From a virus, in the IMG/VR virus record IMGVR_UViG_3300044632_000653: DNA of 64,000 nucleotides. The stretch is one strand, 5' to 3'. Both the position numbers and the translations under genes were made by a program. The notes beneath the pieces are model-generated. The model did not search any database, had not been told where the DNA came from, and saw only the letters and a program-made list of their open reading frames with translations. Of this stretch, positions 19,426-28,762 are shown in pieces (the stretch's first letter is position 1; every line of letters starts with the position of its first letter).

Positions 19426-19491
19426 CATGTATGTATGGAGGTCGAGAGGTGGGGATGCTCTAAATACTCCACACATACGAAAGGGAAATCC

Positions 19492-19758
19492 ATGTACATC
19501 GACCGCAGGACATTGAGGCAGTTGGTTGAGTCGGCGAACGGCATCGGCGACACATCCACACGACAGATCACCGAGGGCTATGAGAAGAAGATCATCTCTT
19601 ACCTTGAGGATGGGGGCTTCAAGAAGGGCGACGCATGGTTCGACATGGGAACCCTTTATGTGAGCAGCAAGGGCTTGGTCGAAAAGGCGAAGACCATCCT
19701 CAAGAAGAAGAGGGACATTTTTGAGTTGCCGAAGATCGTCGTGGACAAGACCTCGTAA
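19492..19758 (+). CDS. Late hypothetical protein
   Basis: TAAATA at 19461; leader LRQLVESAN. Confidence 0.7.
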   Translation: MYIDRRTLRQLVESANGIGDTSTRQITEGYEKKIISYLEDGGFKKGDAWFDMGTLYVSSKGLVEKAKTILKKKRDIFELPKIVVDKTS

Positions 19759-19770
19759 GGATCCGACACC

Positions 19771-20088
19771 ATGAAGAACTACCGTGAGTTCATCACCGAG
19801 ACCTTCGATTCCTTCAAGGTGTTCAAGCACAAGGCGAACGCCAACGAGGAGGATTCCGAGTACGGCATCAGGGCTCTGATCCGATACACCCATGTTCTTC
19901 CCTCGGGTGAGAAGACGGTCATCACCTCTCTCTTTCCTCCGATCCAACTGAGGACAACGGACAACAAATACCAGTTCAATCGCCATCTCAACGCAATGGT
20001 TGCGAGTCTCAAGGCTGAAGGCAGGGAGATCCTCGGCATCCACATGAGAGGTGATCCACTCTACGACAGGCTTATGAAAAGGGGGTAA
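19771..20088 (+). CDS. Putative internal head protein
   Basis: MKNYREFITE leader. Confidence 0.7.
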   Translation: MKNYREFITETFDSFKVFKHKANANEEDSEYGIRALIRYTHVLPSGEKTVITSLFPPIQLRTTDNKYQFNRHLNAMVASLKAEGREILGIHMRGDPLYDRLMKRG

Positions 20089-20091
20089 GAC

Positions 20092-21162
20092 ATGGCAGTA
20101 CTCAAGCACTACAACCCGATCACGCACGACATCTACCACTACCCGTTCCCTGCGAATCAGACGAGCGGAGGGGTCACGCCTGATGGCTACAGCAGCGAGT
20201 CTCAGACCTACGGCATCGTGGATTGGTCGGGCACCCGTTGCCTCGACCGCTACCTCTGTAGGGCGATTGGTAACAGCCCCTTCCTCACGATTCCCTACGA
20301 CATCACAAGCGTGAACTTTTGGAACCAATGCACCTATGCAGCGGTGCTGATCAGTCCACGCCATGCCCTCGTCTGTCAGCACTTCCGTGGAGCGCACAGC
20401 GACCCGAACATCAACACGGGAGGAATCAGGTTCTTTGGCAAGGGGGGCAGCATGTACGAGAACAGGGTGACCCGTGTGTACCTTGATGTCGGACCCGACC
20501 TGACGCTGCTTGAGTTCCTTCAGCCGTTCCCCGATGCGGATCTCAAGATCTACAACAGGATCGCAGACCCGCTCTACATCCCCTCAGGGACTCCCCTGTG
20601 GACCAAGGACAGCAACGGCAAGGTATACAAGACGGTGTTCGACAAGGCGAACTACAACCCCAACACAGATGACACCTACGGCTACTCGTTCCGTCCGTCC
20701 CTCGACGGTGTGAACGACGGCGCATATCAGAACGGTACCCTCGCCATCTTCGTCGGCGACTCTGGTTCGCCCGTGATGGTCCGTGACTCATACGGCGAAA
20801 CCGTATTCGTAGGACTTCAGTACGGCGGTCAGTCGATCAACCGTGCCACCTTCAGCCGCTTGGTGTCGATCCTTGCTCCCTTCAACTACTCCTTGGAGCA
20901 TGTGAAACTCTCCGCTAAGAAGGAAGACATCAATCAGGATGGCAAGGTTGATGCGGAGGACCTTGCCCGTGTCCTCGCTAGTTGGGGTCAGACGAAGGAT
21001 CCGTTCTCGGACATGGACGGAGACGGCAAGGTCGATGGCATCGACATCAGTCTCCTGATGAATGCGTGGGGCTCGTACACGATTCCTACTAGCGCACAGT
21101 CCACGATTCAGCCGCCGATCATCCCTCCTCCCACGGAAACGAACACGAAGCCTCGCTCCTGA
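20092..21162 (+). CDS. Trypsin-like serine protease with a C-terminal dockerin
   Basis: LISPRHALVCQH, PDLTLL, GDSGSP; duplicated DINQDGKVDAEDLARVLASWG / DMDGDGKVDGIDISLLMNAWG. Confidence 0.8.
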   Translation: MAVLKHYNPITHDIYHYPFPANQTSGGVTPDGYSSESQTYGIVDWSGTRCLDRYLCRAIGNSPFLTIPYDITSVNFWNQCTYAAVLISPRHALVCQHFRGAHSDPNINTGGIRFFGKGGSMYENRVTRVYLDVGPDLTLLEFLQPFPDADLKIYNRIADPLYIPSGTPLWTKDSNGKVYKTVFDKANYNPNTDDTYGYSFRPSLDGVNDGAYQNGTLAIFVGDSGSPVMVRDSYGETVFVGLQYGGQSINRATFSRLVSILAPFNYSLEHVKLSAKKEDINQDGKVDAEDLARVLASWGQTKDPFSDMDGDGKVDGIDISLLMNAWGSYTIPTSAQSTIQPPIIPPPTETNTKPRS

Positions 21163-21255
21163 ATGGACTTGCTTGCGGTGAATGGACCACCGATTCACCG
21201 CAAACTTGCGGCGAACCCCTTGCGTGTCGGGGTTTGATATCGTATCCTTTCCGAA

Positions 21256-21465
21256 ATGAAACCAGCCGCCGCCTTCCTTCAGTTGATCCTCGTCGGATCG
21301 TTCCTCTGTTGTGCGCTCTACTTCATCCTCAGCGGAGCCATGTTCTCCCTCGGAGGGTTCATAGGGTGGATCGTCGTTTCCACCCTTATGACGATCATCG
21401 TCACGGTGGCACTCCTGCCGCTGATCCTGTTGGTGGCGTTCATCGGCTACCTCCTCGGCTTCTGA
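21256..21465 (+). CDS. Small membrane protein
   Basis: Entirely hydrophobic; TTGCGT-17 nt-TATCCT upstream. Confidence 0.65.
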   Translation: MKPAAAFLQLILVGSFLCCALYFILSGAMFSLGGFIGWIVVSTLMTIIVTVALLPLILLVAFIGYLLGF

Positions 21466-21546
21466 CCAAATTTTCGACATGTCGGCTTCAAGTGCGGTTC
21501 TTGAAGCCGATAGAGACATCACGATCAACCGCTTGGAAGATCGATT

Positions 21547-21834
21547 ATGCCACGACCACGAAAGCGAGTATCCCTCGACTACGCCGCCATCACCGAGGCA
21601 CTTGACCGAGGAGAGGTGTTGAAACTCAAGGATCTCGCCAAAGCCCATGGAACATGCGCACCTGTCATCAAGCGTCTCTTGGAGGAACACTACGGGGATT
21701 CCGTATCGTTCGTCTACGGTCGCAATGGCGGTGTCCTTCGGAGCCAATCCGCACCCGAGTGGCTCAAGGCAAAGCAGGGTTCTTGGGTTGGATACACCCC
21801 GATACCGTCCCCGCAACTGTCAGGGACATCCTAG
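21547..21834 (+). CDS. Small putative DNA-binding protein
   Basis: HTH-like LKDLAKAHGTCAPVIKRLL. Confidence 0.5.
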   Translation: MPRPRKRVSLDYAAITEALDRGEVLKLKDLAKAHGTCAPVIKRLLEEHYGDSVSFVYGRNGGVLRSQSAPEWLKAKQGSWVGYTPIPSPQLSGTS

Positions 21835-21846
21835 TGTGATGTAAAC

Positions 21847-22230
21847 TTGATGCTCCGTCCCCGACAGTTCAACTTCCTCGCCGCCTTTGAGGCGGTTCAC
21901 GGTCAGCCCGACTATGTGTCCCGACAGACTCTCTTGGAGTTTTGCGAGAAGCATGGCGGGACGAGCGGACCTTTCGGACACACCATCCGATGGCCTGCGT
22001 GGCTGACCTACAACCAAGGCACCGACCGTCCATACAAGTCCCTTCGCAGGGGTCAGTTCCGTATGACGGCGGCTTGGGAAGAGTACAACGCATGGAGGAG
22101 CCAACGAAATGTTGCGACCCCCGATGCGCAGTCCCTTCCTGCCTCGGGCGGCGAGGAAACTTTTGTCCACAACCCCGAGCAATCGGGTAATCAAGGCAAC
22201 TCCTCTGTGGAGGGGGTTGGAAACGCATGA
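21847..22230 (+). CDS. Hypothetical protein resembling the N-terminal domain of the AAA ATPase
   Basis: RQFNFLAA...WPAWLT...RRGQFR resembles LQQQFVDA...LPQWLT...KRGLYR at 10591. Confidence 0.6.
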   Translation: MMLRPRQFNFLAAFEAVHGQPDYVSRQTLLEFCEKHGGTSGPFGHTIRWPAWLTYNQGTDRPYKSLRRGQFRMTAAWEEYNAWRSQRNVATPDAQSLPASGGEETFVHNPEQSGNQGNSSVEGVGNA

Positions 22231-22631
22231 GCATGGAACGCTCAGAAGGGAAGCCCATGGCAACCATGGCAACCAATGGACGGAATGTGAAGGTCAGGAA
22301 CCGCAGCCGAATCGCTGCACAGAACCTCATGGAAGGCGACGAGTGCCTTCGCCGAGGAGAACCCTCGGTTCGTGTGGTTCGCATTCAGCGCACCGAGACC
22401 GCCTTCAGCGGCACGGTGAAGGTCACCTACGACAACGGTGAGACGCAGCGGTACAACTGGGACGAGCGAGTCTCCATCGTTGAGACTCCCGAGCGTCATC
22501 GGTACCGTCGCAACTCGCTTCGCCGCAACGGTTATCAGAACTACCTCGTTGTCCGTGCGGTGAAGTCCTCGCCGACCACGACCCCGACCCCCAAGCGCAA
22601 GCCGAAGAGCAAGCGCACCACCCGCCGCTGA
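22227..22631 (+). CDS. Basic hypothetical protein
   Basis: Coupled ORF followed by a terminator at 22661-22691. Confidence 0.6.
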   Translation: MSMERSEGKPMATMATNGRNVKVRNRSRIAAQNLMEGDECLRRGEPSVRVVRIQRTETAFSGTVKVTYDNGETQRYNWDERVSIVETPERHRYRRNSLRRNGYQNYLVVRAVKSSPTTTPTPKRKPKSKRTTRR

Positions 22632-22776
22632 TCTTTCCGCCACCAAGGATCTCGGTACGACAGACCCCCACTCGGGGGTCTGTTCTTTTTTGCAACATTT
22701 TCTTCGATACTTGCTCCGATGGGTTGACAGACCCTAGGGGTTTGCTATCTTTTAGGTGAAGGAAAGGCACCTCCCC

Positions 22777-23634
22777 ATGACCACCTCACTCACCAACCCC
22801 ACCAAAACCCTCCCGAGCGTGACCTCCACCGACACCATCATCAAGGTGACCGAGCGCACCTATGGTGGGGTCACCCACCCGATGTGGGACGGCTGCGGGT
22901 TCTCTGTCGAGTCGGATCTGCCGAGAGTGACCAAGGCGGTTGCTGAACTCCTCAACAACCCGAACCATGAGGTCCTCGCCGTCGAGTCCTACGAGAGCGA
23001 GAACTACGACACCTACCCGCATACGGATATGGATGTGGCTCACACCACAACGAAGTCGGTGGGTCTCCGAGTCACCTACTTCGACGGCAGGAAGGTTGAT
23101 TCGGAGTGGTTCATCACCCTCACCGTCAGGGGTCACGGTCTCACTACGAGGCGATACGAAAGGGTTCACGATGAGGTGAACGATGTCATCAACGAGATCC
23201 TCCGAAACCAACACGGGTACACGAACGCCGTCGAACAGATCCTCCTCTCGGTGCGAGAGAAGTTGAGCAACCTGACCCTGCCTCGCCTTGAGGAGATCCG
23301 AACGGTTGCGGTCAACGCCTTGGTCGAGGATCAGACCGCCTTGGTTCGCACTCGGATGACCGCTCCCGAGAAGATCGTCAAGGGAGTCAAGGTCACGGTC
23401 GCCCGAGGTCGCAAGGTCCCTGTCGGAACGACGGGAACCGTGATTTGGAGGGGTCAAGGTCAGTACGGATGGCGAGTCGGAGTCAAGGACTCGACCGACA
23501 CGGTGCATTGGACTGCGCTCACGAATGTGGATGTGGTCCTTGACGATGCCGTCGTGGCGGCGACCGCCCTCGCCGAGGCGAAGACCGAGTACAACCGCAG
23601 CCTCGCCAAGTTGTTCGGTCCCACCCGAGCGTGA
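22777..23634 (+). CDS. Early hypothetical protein with an SH3/KOW-like C-terminus
   Basis: Promoter at 22724-22751; VARGRKVPVGTTGTVIW. Confidence 0.7.
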   Translation: MTTSLTNPTKTLPSVTSTDTIIKVTERTYGGVTHPMWDGCGFSVESDLPRVTKAVAELLNNPNHEVLAVESYESENYDTYPHTDMDVAHTTTKSVGLRVTYFDGRKVDSEWFITLTVRGHGLTTRRYERVHDEVNDVINEILRNQHGYTNAVEQILLSVREKLSNLTLPRLEEIRTVAVNALVEDQTALVRTRMTAPEKIVKGVKVTVARGRKVPVGTTGTVIWRGQGQYGWRVGVKDSTDTVHWTALTNVDVVLDDAVVAATALAEAKTEYNRSLAKLFGPTRA

Positions 23635-23711
23635 CATAAACGAGATCCTTTCCCCGACCCTCCGTGAGCCTTGGTTCACGGGGGGTTTCTTCATGGCTAA
23701 ATATGAAAGCC

Positions 23712-24533
23712 ATGTATCACTATCAACGAGTAAGGGTCGCCGAAGCCGAGCGCATCGCTGCCGAACTGAAGAAGTCCTCCGAGTTCCATCCGATCTCCGA
23801 TGGTTGGGAAGGGAAACTCGCCGAGGATTTGGCTACGAAGTCGGTCGATCCAAAGCAGTTCCCGAATCCCCTGCCGAGCGGCAAGGGATACGAGTTCCTC
23901 ACCAAGGGACTCCGAGACGGCGACCAAGCCGATGACCGAGTGAAGGCTCGGAACGACACGATCCCTGCGAAGAACCTCAAGCCATCGCAGATGGACATCT
24001 ACCTGTCGAAGGCTCTCGGCATGGCAATCGGAGGCGTGAAGGGCGGCAACCTCGCTGCGATCATCAGCCTTGACAACCACATCCTCGACGGTCACCACCG
24101 TTGGGCTGCGACGATGTTCTCCGATCCATCGGCGACCGTCACGGGCATCAGGATCGGTCTTCCCATAGGCGATCTCATACCCGTTCTGCGTTCGGTCGGT
24201 GATGCCTACGGAAACCCGAGGCGAGGTGCGCCGAGCGGCGACATCAGCATCTACGACGCTAGCGACAAGGATGTAATCGATGCCGTCGTGAACGGCAAGG
24301 GGATGGACCCGAGGTTCTACAACCATGACAAGGCTATGACTTGGCTCGACAGCATCGGCGGCGAGGCGTTCCTCGTCCAACGGTTCCGAGCCCTCAAGGG
24401 CACCCGTCCACCGAGCGGAGCCCCGAACCGAATCAACATGCCCGTCATCGATGCCGAGAAAAACCAACATGTCAAGGCGGCTACCGCCATCGGCACGGGC
24501 AAGATCGATGTCGTGAAACCCTACGGAAAGTGA
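23712..24533 (+). CDS. ParB/Srx-like N-terminal domain protein
   Basis: LKPSQ...ILDGHHRWAA; TAAATA at 23698. Confidence 0.75.
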   Translation: MYHYQRVRVAEAERIAAELKKSSEFHPISDGWEGKLAEDLATKSVDPKQFPNPLPSGKGYEFLTKGLRDGDQADDRVKARNDTIPAKNLKPSQMDIYLSKALGMAIGGVKGGNLAAIISLDNHILDGHHRWAATMFSDPSATVTGIRIGLPIGDLIPVLRSVGDAYGNPRRGAPSGDISIYDASDKDVIDAVVNGKGMDPRFYNHDKAMTWLDSIGGEAFLVQRFRALKGTRPPSGAPNRINMPVIDAEKNQHVKAATAIGTGKIDVVKPYGK

Positions 24534-24540
24534 GGTCGTG

Positions 24541-24666
24541 ATGGCACGGAGTAGCAAGGGCGGATTCAAGCGCAGGTCCCTGCGGCAGAGGAAGGCTGAA
24601 CTCGCCATGAAGACAGTCAACCGCAAGCGCAACTTGGCAGGTTGCGGCAAGGAGAAGCATGTCTGA
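24541..24666 (+). CDS. 41-aa very basic peptide
   Basis: GAGG RBS; MARSSKGGFKRRSLRQRKAELAMKTVNRKRNLAGCGKEKHV; fills the gap between two genes. Confidence 0.55.
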   Translation: MARSSKGGFKRRSLRQRKAELAMKTVNRKRNLAGCGKEKHV

Positions 24667-24997
24667 CATCATCTCACAGGCGATGGGCATCCTCGGCGGC
24701 AAGAAGAAGGATGGTCCACCCGCACCCGCAACCACGCCACAGCGACCTCTTGTGGAGCAGTCCCCCGTGCGCACGGGCGCACCCACGCCCACGCCCACGC
24801 ACGGGCGCACACCCACGCAAGTGCGTGACCGCCTGACGAGCGTCGAGCGGAAGGTGGTGGGCGAACTCGCAAGGTTCGCAGCACTCCACGCACAGATCAT
24901 TGAGATCCGTCAGCGGATGGAGCAGGGCGAGAGCCACGGGCTCGTTGAGAGCCGCCTTGAGGACACGCTCCGCATCGCTAAGATCACCGTGAAGTGA
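24659..24997 (+). CDS. Hypothetical protein
   Basis: GGAG RBS; contains a phased CACGGGCG tract. Confidence 0.6.
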   Translation: MSDIISQAMGILGGKKKDGPPAPATTPQRPLVEQSPVRTGAPTPTPTHGRTPTQVRDRLTSVERKVVGELARFAALHAQIIEIRQRMEQGESHGLVESRLEDTLRIAKITVK

Positions 24998-25047
24998 TCT
25001 TGACCTGACGGCTAAAACCGAGCGGACATCCACCGATAGATACCACA

Positions 25048-25205
25048 AACCACCGTGATGCCTCGCTAGCAGGGCTATGTTCACGGGCAAGGCATCTCGT
25101 AAGGGTGCCGTGGGTGGTTGGAAGCGGTTCCCCACCCTTTCGTTGAAGCCCCACGGGAGATAGCATCTCCCGTCCGACCCCCCTTGGATCCGAGGGGGGT
25201 TTCTT
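25048..25205 (+). ncRNA. Candidate multi-hairpin small RNA
   Basis: TAGATA at 25037; four hairpins then a terminator; no credible ORF. Confidence 0.4.
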
Positions 25206-25242
25206 CATTGCTAAATACTCCCAATCAGGAGTTTGAACAGCC

Positions 25243-27540
25243 ATGATGAATGACATTCAGCGCAGGATCCTCGCAGAAGCGATCAAGTACGGCGGCAGCA
25301 ACATCTCGGTCCCCGAGCAGATGGCGAAGATGATCAACGAGTCTCCCGTCCTCACGGGCGGCGAGGCTGCACCCACGCTGTTCGGATGGGGCAAGCATCA
25401 GTTTGAAGCCAAGTTCCGTGAACTCCTGACGAGGATGGGGTTTGAGCGAGGCATCATCCACATGAAGACCGAGGGTCAGGAGATGAAGATGTACTTCGCC
25501 AACGCTGCGAAGGCTCGGGACTTCGTGGTCGCTTTCAATGGTCTTGCCCGTCGCAAGAGCATGGGATCGGTCGCATCGGTCGCCACGCAGTTCAACAAGA
25601 TCAAGGTACCCACGGGGACCAACGCCATCGTCAGCCTCGACCTCACGATGATCCGTGGCGAGTCGCTCGACATCGAAGGCACCGACCTCTACGAGTGGTT
25701 CACAGGCGACAGCATCACCGAGGAGCCTCTCAACGAAGGCGGCGTGAAGGCTGCGCTTGAGGACTTCATGTATTCGCTGCCCAAGGCTGCGATTGCCGAA
25801 ATCAAGCCGTTGATGACGGGCAAGCGTGGTCCTGTCGAGCATGCCATGCGACTCGCTTCGATCACGGCGATTCTGAACAAGCACGGCGTTGCCAAGAAAC
25901 TGATGGGGTACAACACCGCCAATCTCGTCAGCGATTACTTCAACACCTTCCATGGCGAGTCCGTCAAGGAAGAAGTTGAAGTCCAAGAGGAGTACTACTC
26001 TAGGGCAATCAATGAACCCCAATTCATACCCGCAAAGCATCTCTATGAATCGTTTTTCAAAACCCTCAAGGATGAGAAACTACCATTCGATAAAGGACAA
26101 GCAGAAAAATCCCTTGAGTATGTGTTTGCCTTGTCATTGAATGTCAAGTCTAACTGGAGCAAGTACATCAAGAATCAGGGAGACTTGATCCGTGAGGCGA
26201 TGACTCACTACATGAAGGCGATGCGGGTGGGTGGAGTGATTGAGCAACTGTCCGAACAGCAACAGGTCATCGGCAAGTATCGCTTCACATCGTTCACCGA
26301 AGGCAGCATCAGCGGATGGCTGATCAGCGTACAGGGCATCGGTGAGGTCGGCTTTATCCAAGCACCCGCCAAGAGGAACAGCAAGACTACTGTTGCTCCA
26401 CACAGGGTGTACAAGACCAAGGGACAGTCGGAAGGCGATCCCAAGTTGGTGCTGACTGCATATCCCGATAGCGGCACAAGACTTGTGGGTGGACTTGTAG
26501 ACAACAAGGAGATTCGTTTCGCTCCCCGTCAACTCCTCAAGGCTGTCGCCATGTGGATGGACAAGCATGGCAAGACGATGACCGAAGAAGTTGAGATCAC
26601 AGAGTCTCAGGATTTCCTATTGGAACTGAGTGCCGACGATCCCGACATTGAGAAGGCAGACAGAGATCTTAGAGAGAGGGAACTGTCACAAATTGGGCAG
26701 TTCATTCGGAGTCTGCCCAAGAATGCGATTCGTGAACTCAGAAAACATTGTCATGTTTATGGCAGTAGTTATTCGGGTGAATATACACGCCCACCAAATA
26801 AACTCAAAGCCATCAACTCTATTCTCAAGAAGTATGGAATTCCCCAAGAGGTAGTGTTGGATCCTAAATTTCCCCGTATCAAAGACCGAGTTGACAAACT
26901 TGTTTACGATCATTTGGATAGGGTGAGACCCGCAACCTTCCGTGTCATGGGCGGTGCTGAGACAATGATTCGTAACGATATTGCAAATGGGGCAATATCA
27001 ATGTCGGGATCAAATTGGCAAAGCGTTTTTGATGATGGGGCAAATCAGGAACATTCGGGCCATTTCATTGTTCTCACCAAGAACTACAAGAACAAGTATT
27101 CTCCTAGAGATACTATTAGTGTCGATTGGAAAACAGAGGAGATGCTTGCCCGTGAACTACGAAGACTTCCAAATGCAAAGATGCCCGAAATAAAACTTGG
27201 TGCCAAGACAACTTGGTCGGCTCCATCGGTTGGTGGGGGTGGCACCCCCATGGGTGGGGGTGGCGAGATGACCATTATCGCCATAAAGGAACAGGTCGAG
27301 ATGGTGAGCGAGTACCACCGCCGTGGCGGCTACCGCTCGACCTCGTACTCGGGCGACCCCCGTTGGATTACCGCCAAGTATGCGGGTAGGGACTCGCACG
27401 GCAAGCCTTTCAAGGCGGGTGAAAGGGTCCTGTACTTCCCGAACGGCAAGAAGTTCTACACGGGAGCGGAGGCAGAAAAGGCGTGGCTTGAGTTCCTCTC
27501 TGCCAAGGGCGACGAAGAAGGCATGCCGTTCGCCCGTTGA
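25243..27540 (+). CDS. Large mosaic late protein (putative polyprotein)
   Basis: TAAATA at 25212; linkers PLNEG, ESVKEEVEVQEE, MTEEVEITES, KEQVEMVSE; GC content differs between modules. Confidence 0.75.
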   Translation: MMNDIQRRILAEAIKYGGSNISVPEQMAKMINESPVLTGGEAAPTLFGWGKHQFEAKFRELLTRMGFERGIIHMKTEGQEMKMYFANAAKARDFVVAFNGLARRKSMGSVASVATQFNKIKVPTGTNAIVSLDLTMIRGESLDIEGTDLYEWFTGDSITEEPLNEGGVKAALEDFMYSLPKAAIAEIKPLMTGKRGPVEHAMRLASITAILNKHGVAKKLMGYNTANLVSDYFNTFHGESVKEEVEVQEEYYSRAINEPQFIPAKHLYESFFKTLKDEKLPFDKGQAEKSLEYVFALSLNVKSNWSKYIKNQGDLIREAMTHYMKAMRVGGVIEQLSEQQQVIGKYRFTSFTEGSISGWLISVQGIGEVGFIQAPAKRNSKTTVAPHRVYKTKGQSEGDPKLVLTAYPDSGTRLVGGLVDNKEIRFAPRQLLKAVAMWMDKHGKTMTEEVEITESQDFLLELSADDPDIEKADRDLRERELSQIGQFIRSLPKNAIRELRKHCHVYGSSYSGEYTRPPNKLKAINSILKKYGIPQEVVLDPKFPRIKDRVDKLVYDHLDRVRPATFRVMGGAETMIRNDIANGAISMSGSNWQSVFDDGANQEHSGHFIVLTKNYKNKYSPRDTISVDWKTEEMLARELRRLPNAKMPEIKLGAKTTWSAPSVGGGGTPMGGGGEMTIIAIKEQVEMVSEYHRRGGYRSTSYSGDPRWITAKYAGRDSHGKPFKAGERVLYFPNGKKFYTGAEAEKAWLEFLSAKGDEEGMPFAR

Positions 27541-27559
27541 AACATTCAATAAGATCGTA

Positions 27560-27590
27560 AACCCCCTGCCGCTCAACGGCGGGGGTTTTC
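27560..27590 (+). terminator. Intrinsic terminator
   Basis: CCCCTGCCG...CGGCGGGGG followed by TTTT. Confidence 0.7.
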
Positions 27591-27691
27591 ATTTGCTATC
27601 TTTTCCTAGCCTAAAGATAGCGTTCGCCAAGGCGACAGTCAGGCATAAGTAACCGCACCCCCATGTCGGGGGCCCAATACAAGGAGCAGTA

Positions 27692-28459
27692 ATGATCAAG
27701 CAGAGCATCTTGGGGGTTGGCATCGCCGCCACCCTCACGACCGCCGCCCTCGCACAGGGCAGCAGCACTCAGGACGAGCCGTCGATCAAGGCGGCAGTCT
27801 CGGACATCAAGTGGTCGATCAACGAGAACTTCGGCTACTACACCTTCGACGGTGGAGAGGATCTCCTCGCATTCGACACGACCTTCGCACTCTCGTTGAA
27901 CGAGGACACCGAGGTGTTCGTTTCGATCCCCGTGTACAATCAGGGAGATGAGACCAGCATCGCAAACCTCGCTGTCGGTGGTGAGTTCGTCGCCGCAAAG
28001 GGAACCGATGGTCTCCTCGGGGAGTGGGACCTCTCTCTTGGCGGCGGTGTGTATCTTCCTGTTGGCTCGGAGACTTTCGATTCGTCCAATGTGGACCCGT
28101 TCTTCACGGGCGAGTTCGGCTGCAAGGCTTGGGTGTTCGACTTCACCCAAACCGCAGAGTTCCGCTTCGTTGGGGGCGGTGCCTACATGCCGTGGCTCGG
28201 TGCGAAGACCGACTCGGATGTCCTCACCTTGGGTAGCAACCTCGGCTACAAGTGGGGCGAGTTCGACCTCGCCGCCGAACTGACGCAGATCTACTACATC
28301 GATGCGAACGAGGAGCAGATCTTCCTCGGTCCTGTCGTGTCGTGGAGCCCGAACAACACGGTGTCCATCGAAGCCAAGGTGGACTTCCCCATCACGCAGA
28401 ACACCTCGACCCCCGAGACCGACATGGTCGTTGGCGTTGGTCTCGGCATCAAGTTCTGA
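27692..28459 (+). CDS. Outer-membrane beta-barrel protein
   Basis: Signal peptide (ALA-Q), amphipathic strands, C-terminal GVGLGIKF. Confidence 0.75.
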   Translation: MIKQSILGVGIAATLTTAALAQGSSTQDEPSIKAAVSDIKWSINENFGYYTFDGGEDLLAFDTTFALSLNEDTEVFVSIPVYNQGDETSIANLAVGGEFVAAKGTDGLLGEWDLSLGGGVYLPVGSETFDSSNVDPFFTGEFGCKAWVFDFTQTAEFRFVGGGAYMPWLGAKTDSDVLTLGSNLGYKWGEFDLAAELTQIYYIDANEEQIFLGPVVSWSPNNTVSIEAKVDFPITQNTSTPETDMVVGVGLGIKF

Positions 28460-28462
28460 ACC

Positions 28463-28663
28463 ATGTACATCAACCCGAACAACCTCAAGAAGGAACCTGA
28501 AAAGATGAAGACGAACAACGAGTGCTGCCCGACCAAGTCGGGCTTCTGTTGGAAGAACCCCGTTCATGTGGTCCTCTTCCTCGCCGTCCTGCCGTTTGCC
28601 CTGAACGGGCTCAACACGGTGTGGACCGCCGTTCAAACCGCCATCACCACGATGACCAAGTGA
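28463..28663 (+). CDS. Small Cys-containing membrane protein
   Basis: ECCPTKSGFCWKNPVH followed by a TM helix. Confidence 0.6.
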   Translation: MYINPNNLKKEPEKMKTNNECCPTKSGFCWKNPVHVVLFLAVLPFALNGLNTVWTAVQTAITTMTK

Positions 28664-28762
28664 ACCAAAACCCCGCCCCGCAAGGGTGGGTTAGCCTTGG
28701 CAAGGACAGGGAGGGAGCCTTCGGGTTCCCTCCCTTGTCTTTTGGAAACCATAAATACTCAT

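Noticed and set aside
22163-22171. Isolated TTGTCCACA DnaA-like box
   Set aside because: Single copy inside a CDS; compatible with chance
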